Positions 46,374 through 57,153 of a DNA stretch of 64,000 nt are shown piece after piece (the first letter of the stretch is position 1; each line of letters begins with the position of its first letter). The notes beneath the pieces are model-generated. The model saw nothing but the letters and a program-made list of their open reading frames with translations. It was not told the origin of the DNA and ran no database searches. A program made the translations under genes and the position numbers. This stretch comes from Candidatus Aenigmatarchaeota archaeon (lineage in GTDB: Archaea > Aenigmatarchaeota > Aenigmatarchaeia > QMZP01): NCBI GenBank assembly GCA_043824495.1, contig JBDRSV010000005.1, forward strand, positions 7,955 to 71,954. Reading direction: 5' to 3'.

Positions 46374-48863
46374 CTAAATCTGAATATTTATTCCAGCGTC
46401 ATCTAGGATTTGCTGAGCTTGTTGTTTTTCTGATTGTGTTGGATTTGGAGTAGGAACTCCACTCATATCAACATTCCCACAGTCATTCGGATTCTCTGCT
46501 CCTGCAAATAAAATGTCTATAAGCCACCCTAAATCTAAAGCGTCAATCTGTCCATCACCATTAATATCCCCAGATTCAACAGGAATTGGTTCTGCCCCTC
46601 CTGCAAAAAGATAATCAATTAAATAACCGAGATCTAAGGCATCTATAAAGCCAGATGCGTCTACATCACCGCATCCACAATCCACATTGTATAATTCACA
46701 GACATTGACTTCATTCCCAATTGAAGAGATATATGGCAAAAACGGACACCAACCACCTCCCCAAACATCAATCCAATAGTCTAGATTTTCCTCTATATCT
46801 ATTGGCCTCCCATCACATGTTTCCCCTGGCATCACATCACAAAAATCACTAATATCATCTTTAATAATAATCGAACTAGGTTTTACATGCCAACTCCAGG
46901 GGGAATTAAAGTTAGCATTGTTTCTAAAGACTCTTCCCCCACCCTCTCCACCACATAACCCATAATCCCCAACCCAAGCAATTGCATTGTTTATAGACTC
47001 CTCATCTGTTACAAGAATTGTGGCAGTGCGTTCGGGAGTTTCAATTACAGAACCATTTGTGAGCCCCACAGTTAAATTAAAAAATCTACCTTTTCCGAAC
47101 CTTTCTATGCAATACCCGTACTCTTCTACACAAACTTTCTCTTTAGGACAACCGCAAGTGTTGCATTGATCAGACACAAATCCAATATTCCCATTATAGT
47201 CATAACCACATAAAGAATAATCCTCGTAGCGATCATCAGAAAAACACTCTCCAAATTGAACTTCTGTGTCTGTACCTGGGTCATAACAAACACTACGGGG
47301 TATAATTAGAGATATGGCTACTAAAGCCCAATTATCATTTGTTTGTAAGACTCTTATCTCCATATTATTAAATTCATCAATATACGTCTGACCTTCTTCA
47401 AGATATACATACCCATAATCATAACAACCTTGAGAACAATCTCCAAGAGTAGAGTTTCCTGGATGCAAATTTAAAAGTACTGAATTCCCCAACCAATATC
47501 CTACGTTTGTCCCATTTTCATCATGAAGATAATTGTCACCCTTGCCTAACTTTATTAGGACGCCATTTTCTTGAGTTTTGATAGAGTCAAAACCAGTATT
47601 TGTTTTATACTCTAAAAAGTAATAATTCATTCCAAAAACATCAAAAAGATTTACTTCTGGAGAACCCTCCCCAGCCTTGAATGTAATATTGTTTTCGCTC
47701 CAATTAATCGGAATCTTTAATCCTTTTATTTCATTACCTGTGGCCAGAGTATTTATGGGGCTTATAAAATAAGTTCCTTCAGTCACTTCAGGAACATTCG
47801 CGTCAGCAATCCATCCCAAATTAACAAGTCTAAACCCTAGACCAAAAGTTTTAAACGGATTTGCCTCCCCCATAACATCATAAAAATCGCCGTACTCCCG
47901 GTACGTGCATTTGTGACCTAGAGTTGATTCATTTTCTAGTTCTCCACCAAACAATTGTTGAGTTTCACTCCCCCCACATATAAGAACAGAAGCATGACCT
48001 AATCCAAAATTATGTCCCATTTCATGAGCGAGAATTCCAAAATGGGGGTTCTCGTGAAAAAAAGTATTGAACCAAATTTGATATAGTTTAACATTGCCTT
48101 CATCAGTAAAAGCGTCTAATTTCCCTAAGGAAGCAAGCCCTGGATACCAACTACACGAAGTGTTCGGATGAAATACAATTAATCCATCATATTCTGTAAA
48201 ATTGATAAAAGGATCTATTTTTCTAATTGCATCCGTATAAATATCTCCTTCAAAACACAAAGATTCATTAAAACTAAAATTTCCAACATAACCAGAACTA
48301 ACACCGGCTTTCCCGTAGGAAGATTCATTAATAAAAGCATTTGTTAGATTAAACGTGTAATTCGTATAAGTCATAAAATCAAACTGAGTTTCATTTTCTC
48401 TAAAGAAAAAAACAACAGCGTATTTTTGTTCTCCAAGCGTTGGAGGCCAGGGTTCCAAATCACCGGCATTTTTATCTCCAGTCGTTTCAATAGAATCTAC
48501 AATAAATTTATCTCCTTCTATAATTCCCAAAACACTAACTTCCCCTACATAAACCCTAAGAAAATTATCTTCAAACTCCAACTCATATCTTTTTCCATCA
48601 TCAGTCCTCATATAATAAGTATATTCTGCTCTATTATTCTCAAAATCATCCACAATAATTGTTTCAATGGTCCCTGTAAACTCAATAATATTTGTTTCAG
48701 TCTCCAAAGGTACACTTACCTCAGCAGGTTCTGTCATCAAAGGAGCAACTAAAGGAACCCTAAATTGCCCAGCAGGACTCTCATACACAGAAGAAATAGC
48801 AAACACTCCTACTATTACTATGCAAGCAAAAATAATTGAATATGATAATGGAGTTAAACCCAT
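46374..48863 (-). CDS. secreted metzincin-type zinc metalloprotease with C-terminal dockerin repeats
   Basis: A signal/anchor is present. HEMGHNFGLGH fits HExxHxxGxxH. The C-terminus carries GDVDASGFIDALDLGYLIDYLF and GDINGDGQIDALDLGWLIDILF. Confidence 0.7.
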   Translation of the reverse strand: MGLTPLSYSIIFACIVIVGVFAISSVYESPAGQFRVPLVAPLMTEPAEVSVPLETETNIIEFTGTIETIIVDDFENNRAEYTYYMRTDDGKRYELEFEDNFLRVYVGEVSVLGIIEGDKFIVDSIETTGDKNAGDLEPWPPTLGEQKYAVVFFFRENETQFDFMTYTNYTFNLTNAFINESSYGKAGVSSGYVGNFSFNESLCFEGDIYTDAIRKIDPFINFTEYDGLIVFHPNTSCSWYPGLASLGKLDAFTDEGNVKLYQIWFNTFFHENPHFGILAHEMGHNFGLGHASVLICGGSETQQLFGGELENESTLGHKCTYREYGDFYDVMGEANPFKTFGLGFRLVNLGWIADANVPEVTEGTYFISPINTLATGNEIKGLKIPINWSENNITFKAGEGSPEVNLFDVFGMNYYFLEYKTNTGFDSIKTQENGVLIKLGKGDNYLHDENGTNVGYWLGNSVLLNLHPGNSTLGDCSQGCYDYGYVYLEEGQTYIDEFNNMEIRVLQTNDNWALVAISLIIPRSVCYDPGTDTEVQFGECFSDDRYEDYSLCGYDYNGNIGFVSDQCNTCGCPKEKVCVEEYGYCIERFGKGRFFNLTVGLTNGSVIETPERTATILVTDEESINNAIAWVGDYGLCGGEGGGRVFRNNANFNSPWSWHVKPSSIIIKDDISDFCDVMPGETCDGRPIDIEENLDYWIDVWGGGWCPFLPYISSIGNEVNVCELYNVDCGCGDVDASGFIDALDLGYLIDYLFAGGAEPIPVESGDINGDGQIDALDLGWLIDILFAGAENPNDCGNVDMSGVPTPNPTQSEKQQAQQILDDAGINIQI

Positions 48864-48966
48864 AATATAGTATTGTGTAATAACATATAATAATCATATA
48901 CAAGAGCTTGAACTATTGTCTTAATCCTTCTCGGGGCTTTATTACACTAGAGACCAATGTATCAAT

Positions 48967-49380
48967 ATGCTTGTCAAGAACGTGATGAAGAAGGATGTCA
49001 CTACAGCTTCAGAGGAGACGACAATCCAGGAAGCGTCAAGAATAATGGCGGACAATCATATAGGATGTCTAGTTATTACTAAAAACAATACAGTCACAGG
49101 CATAGTCACAGAGTATGATATTTTGAGGTCTGTTGCTGAAGGTAAGGATGCAGAAAAGAAAACAGTTGCACATATAATGACACCATATATTCATGCTGTC
49201 ACACCTGACCAGAAACTTGAAGCAGCGATTAAAATCTTGAAAAAGGAAAGAATAAAAAAACTTCTGGTGATGGACGGAAGAAAGCTGATAGGAATTCTCA
49301 CAGCTACTGATATTATAATCAGCCAACCACAAATGATATCTGAACTGAAGTCTGTATTAAAAAAGAAGAGATCAGGTTGA
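48967..49380 (+). CDS. CBS-domain pair protein
   Basis: Two CBS repeats are present (VMKKDVTTASEETTIQEASRIM..., IMTPYIHAVTPDQKLEAAIKIL...). Confidence 0.8.
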   Translation: MLVKNVMKKDVTTASEETTIQEASRIMADNHIGCLVITKNNTVTGIVTEYDILRSVAEGKDAEKKTVAHIMTPYIHAVTPDQKLEAAIKILKKERIKKLLVMDGRKLIGILTATDIIISQPQMISELKSVLKKKRSG

Positions 49381-49490
49381 ATGTCTAGATCGGTGGTGAA
49401 AAATGGGAGCCTGAAGAAAAACCTTGTCCTCGGTATACTCCTGACGGTCAAATGATATGGTAAACGAGTCCGATATACATTGAAAATAAC

Positions 49491-49895
49491 CTAAGTTTTG
49501 ATCTTCATTGGCTCTAGTTTAAGCGAAGGCATTTTAACTTTTTTCCCTTCCATTTTAGCTAGTTTGATCTCTACAAAAAGACTAGTTACCATGTCATCAA
49601 CTGTTTTGAGCACTTTAACCATTGGGCTCTCAACATTCAATACAAACATCTTAGCTCTTCCGACTGTTCTTCTTTGTTTTATGATACCAAGATCGATAAA
49701 TTGTTTGTATATTGAACTCATGGTTGCCCAGGAGATCCCCGATTTTTTAGCGATCTCAGTAAGACTATAATCGAAGTTTCCGTCAGTATTCAGCAAGAAA
49801 TCCATGACTTTTATGAATGGAGAATCGCCAAAGACTTTTTTAAAACTAGAGTCTCCCATCCGACTTCTATTATTGTTATTGTCCATCCAAGTCAC
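49491..49895 (-). CDS. winged-helix transcriptional regulator
   Basis: YSLTEIAKKSGISWATMSSIYKQFIDLGIIKQ. Confidence 0.6.
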   Translation of the reverse strand: MTWMDNNNNRSRMGDSSFKKVFGDSPFIKVMDFLLNTDGNFDYSLTEIAKKSGISWATMSSIYKQFIDLGIIKQRRTVGRAKMFVLNVESPMVKVLKTVDDMVTSLFVEIKLAKMEGKKVKMPSLKLEPMKIKT

Positions 49896-50061
49896 CTCTA
49901 TTAATGTAAATATTGTATTATAACGCTATGTTTTGTAGCGTTACACTTTGTTATATAACTAATTATGGACTATAATCTTTATAAAGGTATGTATTTTGTA
50001 TATATTTAAACTCATTAATTGAGTTAAGTATTTAAGTACAGAATGTAAAATATTTCAATGT

Positions 50062-50334
50062 ATGGAAGATTTAGAGAAAATCATACTGAGAACTCTATTG
50101 AGGCACAACAAAATTGGAGAGAATTACACAAAAATACAACACGCCACTTCAAAAGTGCCTAACAGTACCAAAAGTGCGGACATTAAAAAAGCCATCAAGA
50201 ATCTTCGTAATGCGGGCTGGATAGAACTGCATAAAAAGAATACCTGTATTTCTCTAACAGGGAACCGAGGGCGCATAGAAGAGATTAAGAAGCTTATAGG
50301 ATTTACGAGATCACTTTTTTCTCTGTTATTTTAA
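50062..50334 (+). CDS. small hypothetical, possibly wHTH-like
   Basis: 90-aa ORF with weak support. Confidence 0.3.
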   Translation: MEDLEKIILRTLLRHNKIGENYTKIQHATSKVPNSTKSADIKKAIKNLRNAGWIELHKKNTCISLTGNRGRIEEIKKLIGFTRSLFSLLF

Positions 50335-50493
50335 TCTACTTCTCCTAATCAACTCAATACCAACAATAAGAACTATCACACCACAAATACCAGCAATAAC
50401 AATAAGTCCCTGAGTTAAGGTATCCGTGACATAAGTATTCTTATATATGGGGAATAATCGATGTCCCCATTTATTTTTCTTTTATTTATTATA

Positions 50494-51960
50494 TCATTTC
50501 AAAGCCGGTCCCTGTAATCCAGGCACAAAATCACAATTACATCCTTCCCAGCACATGTATTTCTTGTTGAACACCTTACAGAAGTTGTTTACAGATACAT
50601 GTATAGGTTCTTCGTCCCAAAAGACTCCATCTGTTACGTTTACTGTGAAATCATATTCTCCGCTGGAGGATGGTCCAGTTTTCCATTGGAAATATGAGCC
50701 TGACCAGGTAAATACTGGGTTATCTATGTGGTATGTTAAATCATCTCCGTTTCTATCCAATGCTTCTGGATAAATTCTTACTAATCCCATTTCATTAACT
50801 GTTATATTTTGGAATGGTTCTAGGACAGGTGCTACCGCTTCACTGACGTTAATTTGATAGCTTTGTTCATCGAATAAGAAGCCATCGGAGACTCTTAGTG
50901 TTACTGTATAATTCCCTGATTGATTATAATTAGGCGACCATGTTACCAATCCATTTAGACTGTCTATTATCATTTCTGGTGGGTATTGGATTAAGAAATA
51001 ATTCAATATGAAACTTCCAGGATAATAAACTTCAACATCATATGAATAAAATTCACCTCCCACTACTTCTGTTATGGGGGTTGATGTTATTTCTGGTACA
51101 AAGCTTCCGCCAAGTGGTTTGTGATCTATTCCATCAAAAGGACCCGGAACGATGTAAGTGTATGGGTATCCAGGGTTTGTTTCAAAATCTCCCCAATAGT
51201 TTCCCATCACCGAGTTATTCCAATAGTTGTTTTCAGCTTGAACTTCTTCAAAAGCGTTTATCGAATTATTGTACATAGAATTATTCCAGAATATGTTATT
51301 ATGCGCTTTATGAACTCTTAGTCCGTATATATTATTCTCGTATAGTACGTTTTCAAATAATTGTGCATAATCTGTTTCACCGACAAGAATTCCGTAGTTG
51401 TTATTGTGCGCAATGTTTTTTGATAACACACTTCTGTGTGCAAAATTCTGATTTGCAATCCCCTGGTTATTCAAAAAAATATGATTTCTAGATATTATGG
51501 TGTTTTGACTGCCAATGATTAATAATCCGGCATCAAAGTTATCATGGACTGTATTATTTTCTAGAGTGTTATTGTTGGCCGCCGAATATATTTTTATTCC
51601 GTGAAGAAAATCGGTAACTTCGCAATTTTTGATAATTACATTGTCATATCCTTCATTTGAAATGCCTTCATAGAGCATGCTATTAATACCATCTAGTAAA
51701 TGGCCATTGCAATCTAGTGTTACATTGTTGGCAGCTATTCTAATTGGTATTCCACTACAGCTTGTGATGTCATACCACATTGTGTGATTAGAAGATAAAT
51801 AATCACCACATTGACATGCAACGAGATCACCGCATATACCTTCAGGGCTGTTTATTTCATTGACTTCCAAATTCTCAGCTGATAGTTTCTGTCCATAAAC
51901 AAAACTAACACTGATAGAAGCAACAATTACACATACTAGTAGTACGAGAGCAACCCTCAT
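50494..51960 (-). CDS. secreted right-handed beta-helix (NosD-like) protein with two Ig-like domains
   Basis: A signal peptide is present. Repeated N-rich ~22-aa beta-helix turns (NNTLENNTVHDN, ISRNHIFLNNQG...) are followed by two Ig-like repeats (GNYTVTLRVSDG, GEYDFTVNVTDG). Confidence 0.65.
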   Translation of the reverse strand: MRVALVLLVCVIVASISVSFVYGQKLSAENLEVNEINSPEGICGDLVACQCGDYLSSNHTMWYDITSCSGIPIRIAANNVTLDCNGHLLDGINSMLYEGISNEGYDNVIIKNCEVTDFLHGIKIYSAANNNTLENNTVHDNFDAGLLIIGSQNTIISRNHIFLNNQGIANQNFAHRSVLSKNIAHNNNYGILVGETDYAQLFENVLYENNIYGLRVHKAHNNIFWNNSMYNNSINAFEEVQAENNYWNNSVMGNYWGDFETNPGYPYTYIVPGPFDGIDHKPLGGSFVPEITSTPITEVVGGEFYSYDVEVYYPGSFILNYFLIQYPPEMIIDSLNGLVTWSPNYNQSGNYTVTLRVSDGFLFDEQSYQINVSEAVAPVLEPFQNITVNEMGLVRIYPEALDRNGDDLTYHIDNPVFTWSGSYFQWKTGPSSSGEYDFTVNVTDGVFWDEEPIHVSVNNFCKVFNKKYMCWEGCNCDFVPGLQGPALK

Positions 51961-52018
51961 AATTAGAATAGATAGAAAGATTTAAAATACTTTTTAATCC
52001 TCCCTCTAAGATTTTGTT

Positions 52019-52156
52019 ATGAGCAAATCATTCAAGTGTAGTTTAGGAATCCACAAATACCAGAAGTTCATGGGATATCAGAATGTGGGTGGAGGAAAGT
52101 TCAGACAGCAATACAAATGTATCCACTGTGACCATATCATGGAGAAAATTGCATGA
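52019..52156 (+). CDS. 45-aa zinc-ribbon-like peptide, translationally coupled to next ORF
   Basis: MSKSFKCSLGIHKYQKF...YKCIHCDHIMEKIA. Its stop overlaps the ATG of 52153 (ATGA). Confidence 0.3.
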   Translation: MSKSFKCSLGIHKYQKFMGYQNVGGGKFRQQYKCIHCDHIMEKIA

Positions 52157-52599
52157 AACTACCAACTAGAAGAAAAGAAGATACTAGTAAGAAAAGACTA
52201 TTCAAATTACCAACCTTTATTATGGTCCTTTATCCTGGTTGGCAACTATATAGAGATATTACGGATCCGATATCATTTTTTAATAATAAAAAAGGAATAA
52301 TCCAGGTTTTAACATTCACAAGAGATAAAGAAATAGAATTGGGTGCCACAAAACCAGAAGAAGTTTTGAAAAAATATATAGAGAAAGAGACAAAGTCTGA
52401 AGTGAAAATGAAACGCTTTGAAAAGAATGATTCTACTTACGTTTTATCTGACTATTACAAAACAAAGGATAAAACTATGAGAGCAATGTTCATTGAGAAT
52501 AAGAAGAAAGCCGCATTTGTCACATTTGCTCATGAAACAATCCCCAAAGATGATGAAGACATAGAAAAAATGCTCATATCCTTTGAGTTAGGGAATTGA
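52153..52599 (+). CDS. hypothetical protein
   Basis: 148-aa ORF. Confidence 0.5.
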   Translation: MKLPTRRKEDTSKKRLFKLPTFIMVLYPGWQLYRDITDPISFFNNKKGIIQVLTFTRDKEIELGATKPEEVLKKYIEKETKSEVKMKRFEKNDSTYVLSDYYKTKDKTMRAMFIENKKKAAFVTFAHETIPKDDEDIEKMLISFELGN

Positions 52600-52912
52600 T
52601 AGAAAGATTTAAAAAGACTTTTATGGTCTTGTACGAAGGTCTTGTACGAAGATTTAGTAATGAAGAGTTGGGTTCTCTCCCAACGTGTTAATTTCTACTA
52701 AAATAAACAATTATTAGACCTAGAACACCTATGAATATTCCTATTACTGTTTGGATTGTTGGATCGAAAATTGACCAGTCCACAATAATATTGTCTGCGA
52801 CTCCTAGAAATAGTAATGAAACAAATATCAGTATTAGTCCAAATAATAACATACCTGAGGGTTTCATGAAGATCTTTTAGCAGATGGTATTAAAACGTTT
52901 AAGTTGAAGTAT

Positions 52913-53818
52913 TTACCTGCTTGCCCTCAAAACGCCTGTAGGCACTTTAGTTACGTCAACAGAGTTTCCAAGAGTTTCGAGATATTTTCTTACAAAGCTT
53001 CCATTTCTCATGAAGTATAAACTAGATGAATCGTACCTATCATGCCAATTAATAAGAAAATCTGGGAAGTCTGAATCGGATATAAACTTTTCTGATAATC
53101 TCAAATCATTGAGGCTTCTACTTCTTGTGTTGTCTAGACAATCTCCATCAGAATAACCTTGTTGATTCCAGAACATTTTTTCAAGTCTGTAAGCAGTACC
53201 TTCAGATAAACCATAAAGAACTTTTAAAACATCTCCAAATTCCTCGTCTCTTTCTATGACTCGCTTCATTATATCTATCATGTTCCCATCAACTCCATGA
53301 ACAGATTTCATATAGTCCATTGTGAGTATTAGTGCGTTTATTACAGGAATATCTTGAATAGAGTAGCATGCGAACTTACTTAGAACGTGTATGAATGAGT
53401 CTGCATATTTAGGAAGTTTGGGTCTCCTCTCTGTGCTAACACCTAAATTTTCTTCCCCAACAACAAAAACAGGTGCAGTTTTTAGTTTAATCTGAACTGG
53501 TGCTGGTTTTATTTCGATGGCAGATGGTGAAATTGTAATATCAGCTTCTTCGTCAGTATGAAATCCTTTGAAATGATCATAACCAAATCTTCTTGGTTCA
53601 ATATCATGTTCTATCCCAAATCCTGAAGCTCGAACGCCTGTCATTGTTTCAGGTCCTATAGGATTGAAACTTTCTTCATCTACAGACGCCAAGCCCATTC
53701 CTATTCTAACTAAATCCGAGCCAAGAAGACCCCTATAAAAATCCTTGAGACGATCTTCATACTCGGAAACAAGTTCAGCCATTCCAGGCTCCATGTTTCT
53801 TGTAAATTCTTCTAGCAT
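52913..53818 (-). CDS. hypothetical protein
   Basis: 301-aa ORF. Confidence 0.55.
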   Translation of the reverse strand: MLEEFTRNMEPGMAELVSEYEDRLKDFYRGLLGSDLVRIGMGLASVDEESFNPIGPETMTGVRASGFGIEHDIEPRRFGYDHFKGFHTDEEADITISPSAIEIKPAPVQIKLKTAPVFVVGEENLGVSTERRPKLPKYADSFIHVLSKFACYSIQDIPVINALILTMDYMKSVHGVDGNMIDIMKRVIERDEEFGDVLKVLYGLSEGTAYRLEKMFWNQQGYSDGDCLDNTRSRSLNDLRLSEKFISDSDFPDFLINWHDRYDSSSLYFMRNGSFVRKYLETLGNSVDVTKVPTGVLRASR

Positions 53819-54064
53819 ATATTTGAGTCTTGAATGTAAAATTTAAATTCGTTTAATGTACTACAAGAACTTAAATTCTATCAAAACCAATTATATATAC
53901 ATATTATAATATTTAGAATCGATAGGATGATCATATGATTACACCAAATAGCTTAATGCCACTCCCAATAAGAATACTGATTGCAATCATTATACTTTTG
54001 ATAATATTTTTCGTTTATGGTTGGCCTTTTGTTTAATTGAATAAGTTTTTAAGAGCGTTTATTG

Positions 54065-54577
54065 CTAATCATCGAATATTTCTCTGGGCCAGTGGTGTGT
54101 GAGTGCGAAGTATGCTCCTGCATCTACGTCTTCTTTCTCTTGCCGACTTAGACGGGAGAATTTTATTGGATTTCTTTTGTTGTAAACTTTCTCTGGGAAG
54201 CTTTCTGGGAGACCTTCTTCTGGGAGGAAAGTATATGGATCGCAGTCTCTATCGCATCCAAACCAGAGGTTATGATTTCTATATAGTCTTATGCCGAGTT
54301 GAGCTGGACTAAAATCCACGTCTAATATTTTGAGTCTTCCATAGCCGGAATAACGGCCTTTATGTTTACCTCTTTTCCTGGGTTTTACTGTGCTTGGTAT
54401 TGGTCTTATCTCGAATCCGCAGTAGAAAGCATCTCTATAATAATACTTTGCTTTGAGTGTGAAGTATATTGTTTCAAATCCTTTCTTGCTTACATAACCT
54501 CGGTGTTCATAGCTAAGTCGCATCCCAGACATTTCTTCTTCTAAGAATTCTCTAATAAAATCTGGAACTTCATTCAT
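54065..54577 (-). CDS. hypothetical protein
   Basis: 170-aa ORF, somewhat more GC-rich than its neighbours but without the cassette flank motifs. Confidence 0.5.
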   Translation of the reverse strand: MNEVPDFIREFLEEEMSGMRLSYEHRGYVSKKGFETIYFTLKAKYYYRDAFYCGFEIRPIPSTVKPRKRGKHKGRYSGYGRLKILDVDFSPAQLGIRLYRNHNLWFGCDRDCDPYTFLPEEGLPESFPEKVYNKRNPIKFSRLSRQEKEDVDAGAYFALTHHWPREIFDD

Positions 54578-54687
54578 TACTATCTTTAATATGTAGTGTT
54601 GTATTTTTGATAATCATTTATGTGAGAAAATGTGTGTACTGTTGTTATATTGGATATACTTTTAACTCCTTTTACTAAGTCTTCTAT

Positions 54688-54951
54688 ATGCATTGTGATA
54701 AATGTAAGAAAACAGTAACTCAGGCAGTATTTAATTATTCTGTAGCGAAATATGAAAAAACTCTATGTATGAGTTGTCAAAGAGTGTATACAACTGTAAC
54801 ACGTAAGGTCGTTGGGGATAAGAGTAAAGAAGTTGGAGAAGATCTACATTGCGATAAATGTAAGAAAAATGTGAGTCAAGCAGTGTATGATTATTCTAAA
54901 AAGAGACATGAAAGAGCTCTATGCATGAACTGTCAAAAAAGGGTTAAGTAA
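54688..54951 (+). CDS. tandem double zinc-ribbon protein
   Basis: The two halves are HCDKCKKTVTQAVFNYSVAKYEKTLCMSCQR and HCDKCKKNVSQAVYDYSKKRHERALCMNCQKR. Confidence 0.5.
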   Translation: MHCDKCKKTVTQAVFNYSVAKYEKTLCMSCQRVYTTVTRKVVGDKSKEVGEDLHCDKCKKNVSQAVYDYSKKRHERALCMNCQKRVK

Positions 54952-54984
54952 AAATAGAAAGAATTGAAAGTCTTTTTAGTGTTA

Positions 54985-57081
54985 CTATCTCCTACAAGTT
55001 GGGGCTGGATCGCCTGCGAATAAGTGATCAATCATTATAGCCAAATCCAATGCAGTTGGAAAACCATCCCCATCTAAGTCAGCAAGCCATGGAGGATCAG
55101 GCAGAGGTTCTCCTGCGAACAGTATGTCAATAAGTTTTGCAAGATCTAACGCTGTGAGGAAGCCGTCATAGTCTAAGTCTCCGCATACAATATTGTTGAC
55201 AGTTATAGTAACTTCCTGTTCATCATAAAGTTCAGTAGTGTCTGTAACTCTGAATGTAACATTATATACTCCAGAATCATTAAATGTTGGAGTCCAGTTG
55301 AATAATCCAGTTTGTGGATCAAATGAGTATGGGCTTGGTAGGCCTTCATCTATTTCGAAGGATAAATCATCTTCATTAGCATCTGTAGCATTTAATTGAA
55401 TAACTACTGAATATGTTTCATAAACTTCTTGATTGGCAATAGTATCAAGAACGGGTGGTGTTGGACCAATTATTGCAGTTATCAATTGTGAGTCATTGTT
55501 GTTTGAATTATTCATTTCTATTTTTACTAGATCCTCATCAACTCTAGCTTCTATTAGATGATCACCTATACCAGAAACTATGTGAAGTAGTACAAACTGT
55601 TTAAGGTTGTATTTGTTGATATTTTGGAAATCTTCAACAAGAAGTTCATCATTATCATATATTTTGGTTGAGATGTTTTTCATATTAACTCCTCCAATAT
55701 TGTTAATAGTAACAGTGATTGTAATTTCTTCGCCATCAATTGGATTTTCATTGGAAATGTTAATTGTTGGAATTAGATCACCAAACCAGTCAAAGTCGCT
55801 GTATGGCATAGTAGGAGTTTGATTACTGTTTGATATATTTCTTGCACCAAAACCATGACCATCTACTCCACCACCAGAGTAATAATTCCACATTGGATCA
55901 GTTTGTGTCAAATAGTCTGTGTGTCCCATTGCTCTACCAAAAATATTAATCACAAAAGCGTCAGTGTAATAGATGTATGGTGGACCCAAGCTGAATGTTC
56001 TATCAAGTGTATCTTTGTTGTCATTTAATATTTTGTAGAATCGTTCTCTATCCATACCTTCTTCATATTCCAGTTTAGATAATAAATGACCTGTAATGTC
56101 GTATCCGTGAGATCTCTGAAGCTCTCTGTCATATATAGTAGTATCATGATAATCATTTGCAACATAAGCTGCCCATTGATACCCTGAGAATCCGTTTTCT
56201 AAATATGTATCAGCTGTTTCTTGGTTAATTGCACCGGATATAGCATTAACATTATACATGTGATGTTCAGCAAAGCCTTCTGTCAACCATGATCTAGTGT
56301 ATATTGGATATGGGTTAATAGAGTGAGACGCTTCATGGAGTGCCGTATTCATGTATGGCCACCAATCACCTAATTCACCAGTGTTGTTGTAATATGTGGT
56401 CCCATTCACGTAATATGGCTTATTACAACCAGTCTTATACATTGGATCAGAGAAAACAACATTAGAGTGTGTAGGAGAAGCATTTCCACCGTAACAGGCT
56501 GCAGGATGTCCGTAATTATATATCTCTAAAGGAACTCCAAACCATCCTTTTGAACTCCAACCAGTTATATTCTTTAGAATTTCATACCTTGGTACGAAAT
56601 TATCCCAGAAAGCGTCTAATGTTGCCTGGTTGTTCGAATAGAAAACACTTTCGATGTAAATGTCAAGTGAAACATTTCCTTGATCATCAAAATATGGTTT
56701 ATGCACAAAGGTTGATTCTGGAGAATTTATTTCAACGGGTGTTTTTATAATATTTTTAAGGGGCTTTTCTTTTGTTTTTTCTAAAGGCTGTCCTTCTGGA
56801 TATTGAAGCTCATCAACAACAATTGGGGTTTCTACACCATCAAGATTAACAATACCCTTTGCAAAATCAATTTCAAGAATAGAACCCTCTCCTGTTACAA
56901 CAGTCTTGACGTTTGAGCTATCTCCATTAAGCATCAAAAAGCTGTCAGTTAAATCAATTGGTTCTACACTTCTTATTTGAGCAGCTGCTTGACCAAAGAA
57001 AAATAATGTTACTCCTGTCATTATAGAAAATATGATTAAACTCATTAAATATTTCTGAATCTTGTCATTCATGATTAACAT
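54985..57081 (-). CDS. secreted HExxH protein with Ig/cadherin-like domain and C-terminal dockerin repeats
   Basis: A signal peptide is present, along with ALHEASHSINP and an Ig-like block (GVYNVTFRVTDT). The C-terminus carries GDLDYDGFLTALDLAKLIDILF and ADLDGDGFPTALDLAIMIDHLF. Confidence 0.65.
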   Translation of the reverse strand: MLIMNDKIQKYLMSLIIFSIMTGVTLFFFGQAAAQIRSVEPIDLTDSFLMLNGDSSNVKTVVTGEGSILEIDFAKGIVNLDGVETPIVVDELQYPEGQPLEKTKEKPLKNIIKTPVEINSPESTFVHKPYFDDQGNVSLDIYIESVFYSNNQATLDAFWDNFVPRYEILKNITGWSSKGWFGVPLEIYNYGHPAACYGGNASPTHSNVVFSDPMYKTGCNKPYYVNGTTYYNNTGELGDWWPYMNTALHEASHSINPYPIYTRSWLTEGFAEHHMYNVNAISGAINQETADTYLENGFSGYQWAAYVANDYHDTTIYDRELQRSHGYDITGHLLSKLEYEEGMDRERFYKILNDNKDTLDRTFSLGPPYIYYTDAFVINIFGRAMGHTDYLTQTDPMWNYYSGGGVDGHGFGARNISNSNQTPTMPYSDFDWFGDLIPTINISNENPIDGEEITITVTINNIGGVNMKNISTKIYDNDELLVEDFQNINKYNLKQFVLLHIVSGIGDHLIEARVDEDLVKIEMNNSNNNDSQLITAIIGPTPPVLDTIANQEVYETYSVVIQLNATDANEDDLSFEIDEGLPSPYSFDPQTGLFNWTPTFNDSGVYNVTFRVTDTTELYDEQEVTITVNNIVCGDLDYDGFLTALDLAKLIDILFAGEPLPDPPWLADLDGDGFPTALDLAIMIDHLFAGDPAPTCRR

Positions 57082-57088
57082 TAACAGA

Positions 57089-57110
57089 AAGATTTATATT
57101 GGTTTTAAGA
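57089..57110 (+). repeat. Left direct repeat bracketing cassette 4: AAGATTTATATTGGTTTTAAGA
   Basis: Eighteen consecutive nt are identical to 60761..60778. After a 1-nt indel, AAGA matches again. Confidence 0.75.
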
Positions 57111-57153
57111 CGCGTTTCTATTCATTGTTTTCTTATTAGAAAATCTTGAACAT

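Noticed and set aside
54065-54577. The somewhat GC-richer ORF 54065..54577 as a fifth cassette
   Set aside because: Neither the 26-nt 3' motif nor the 5' module is present in its flanks, and the composition shift is modest.
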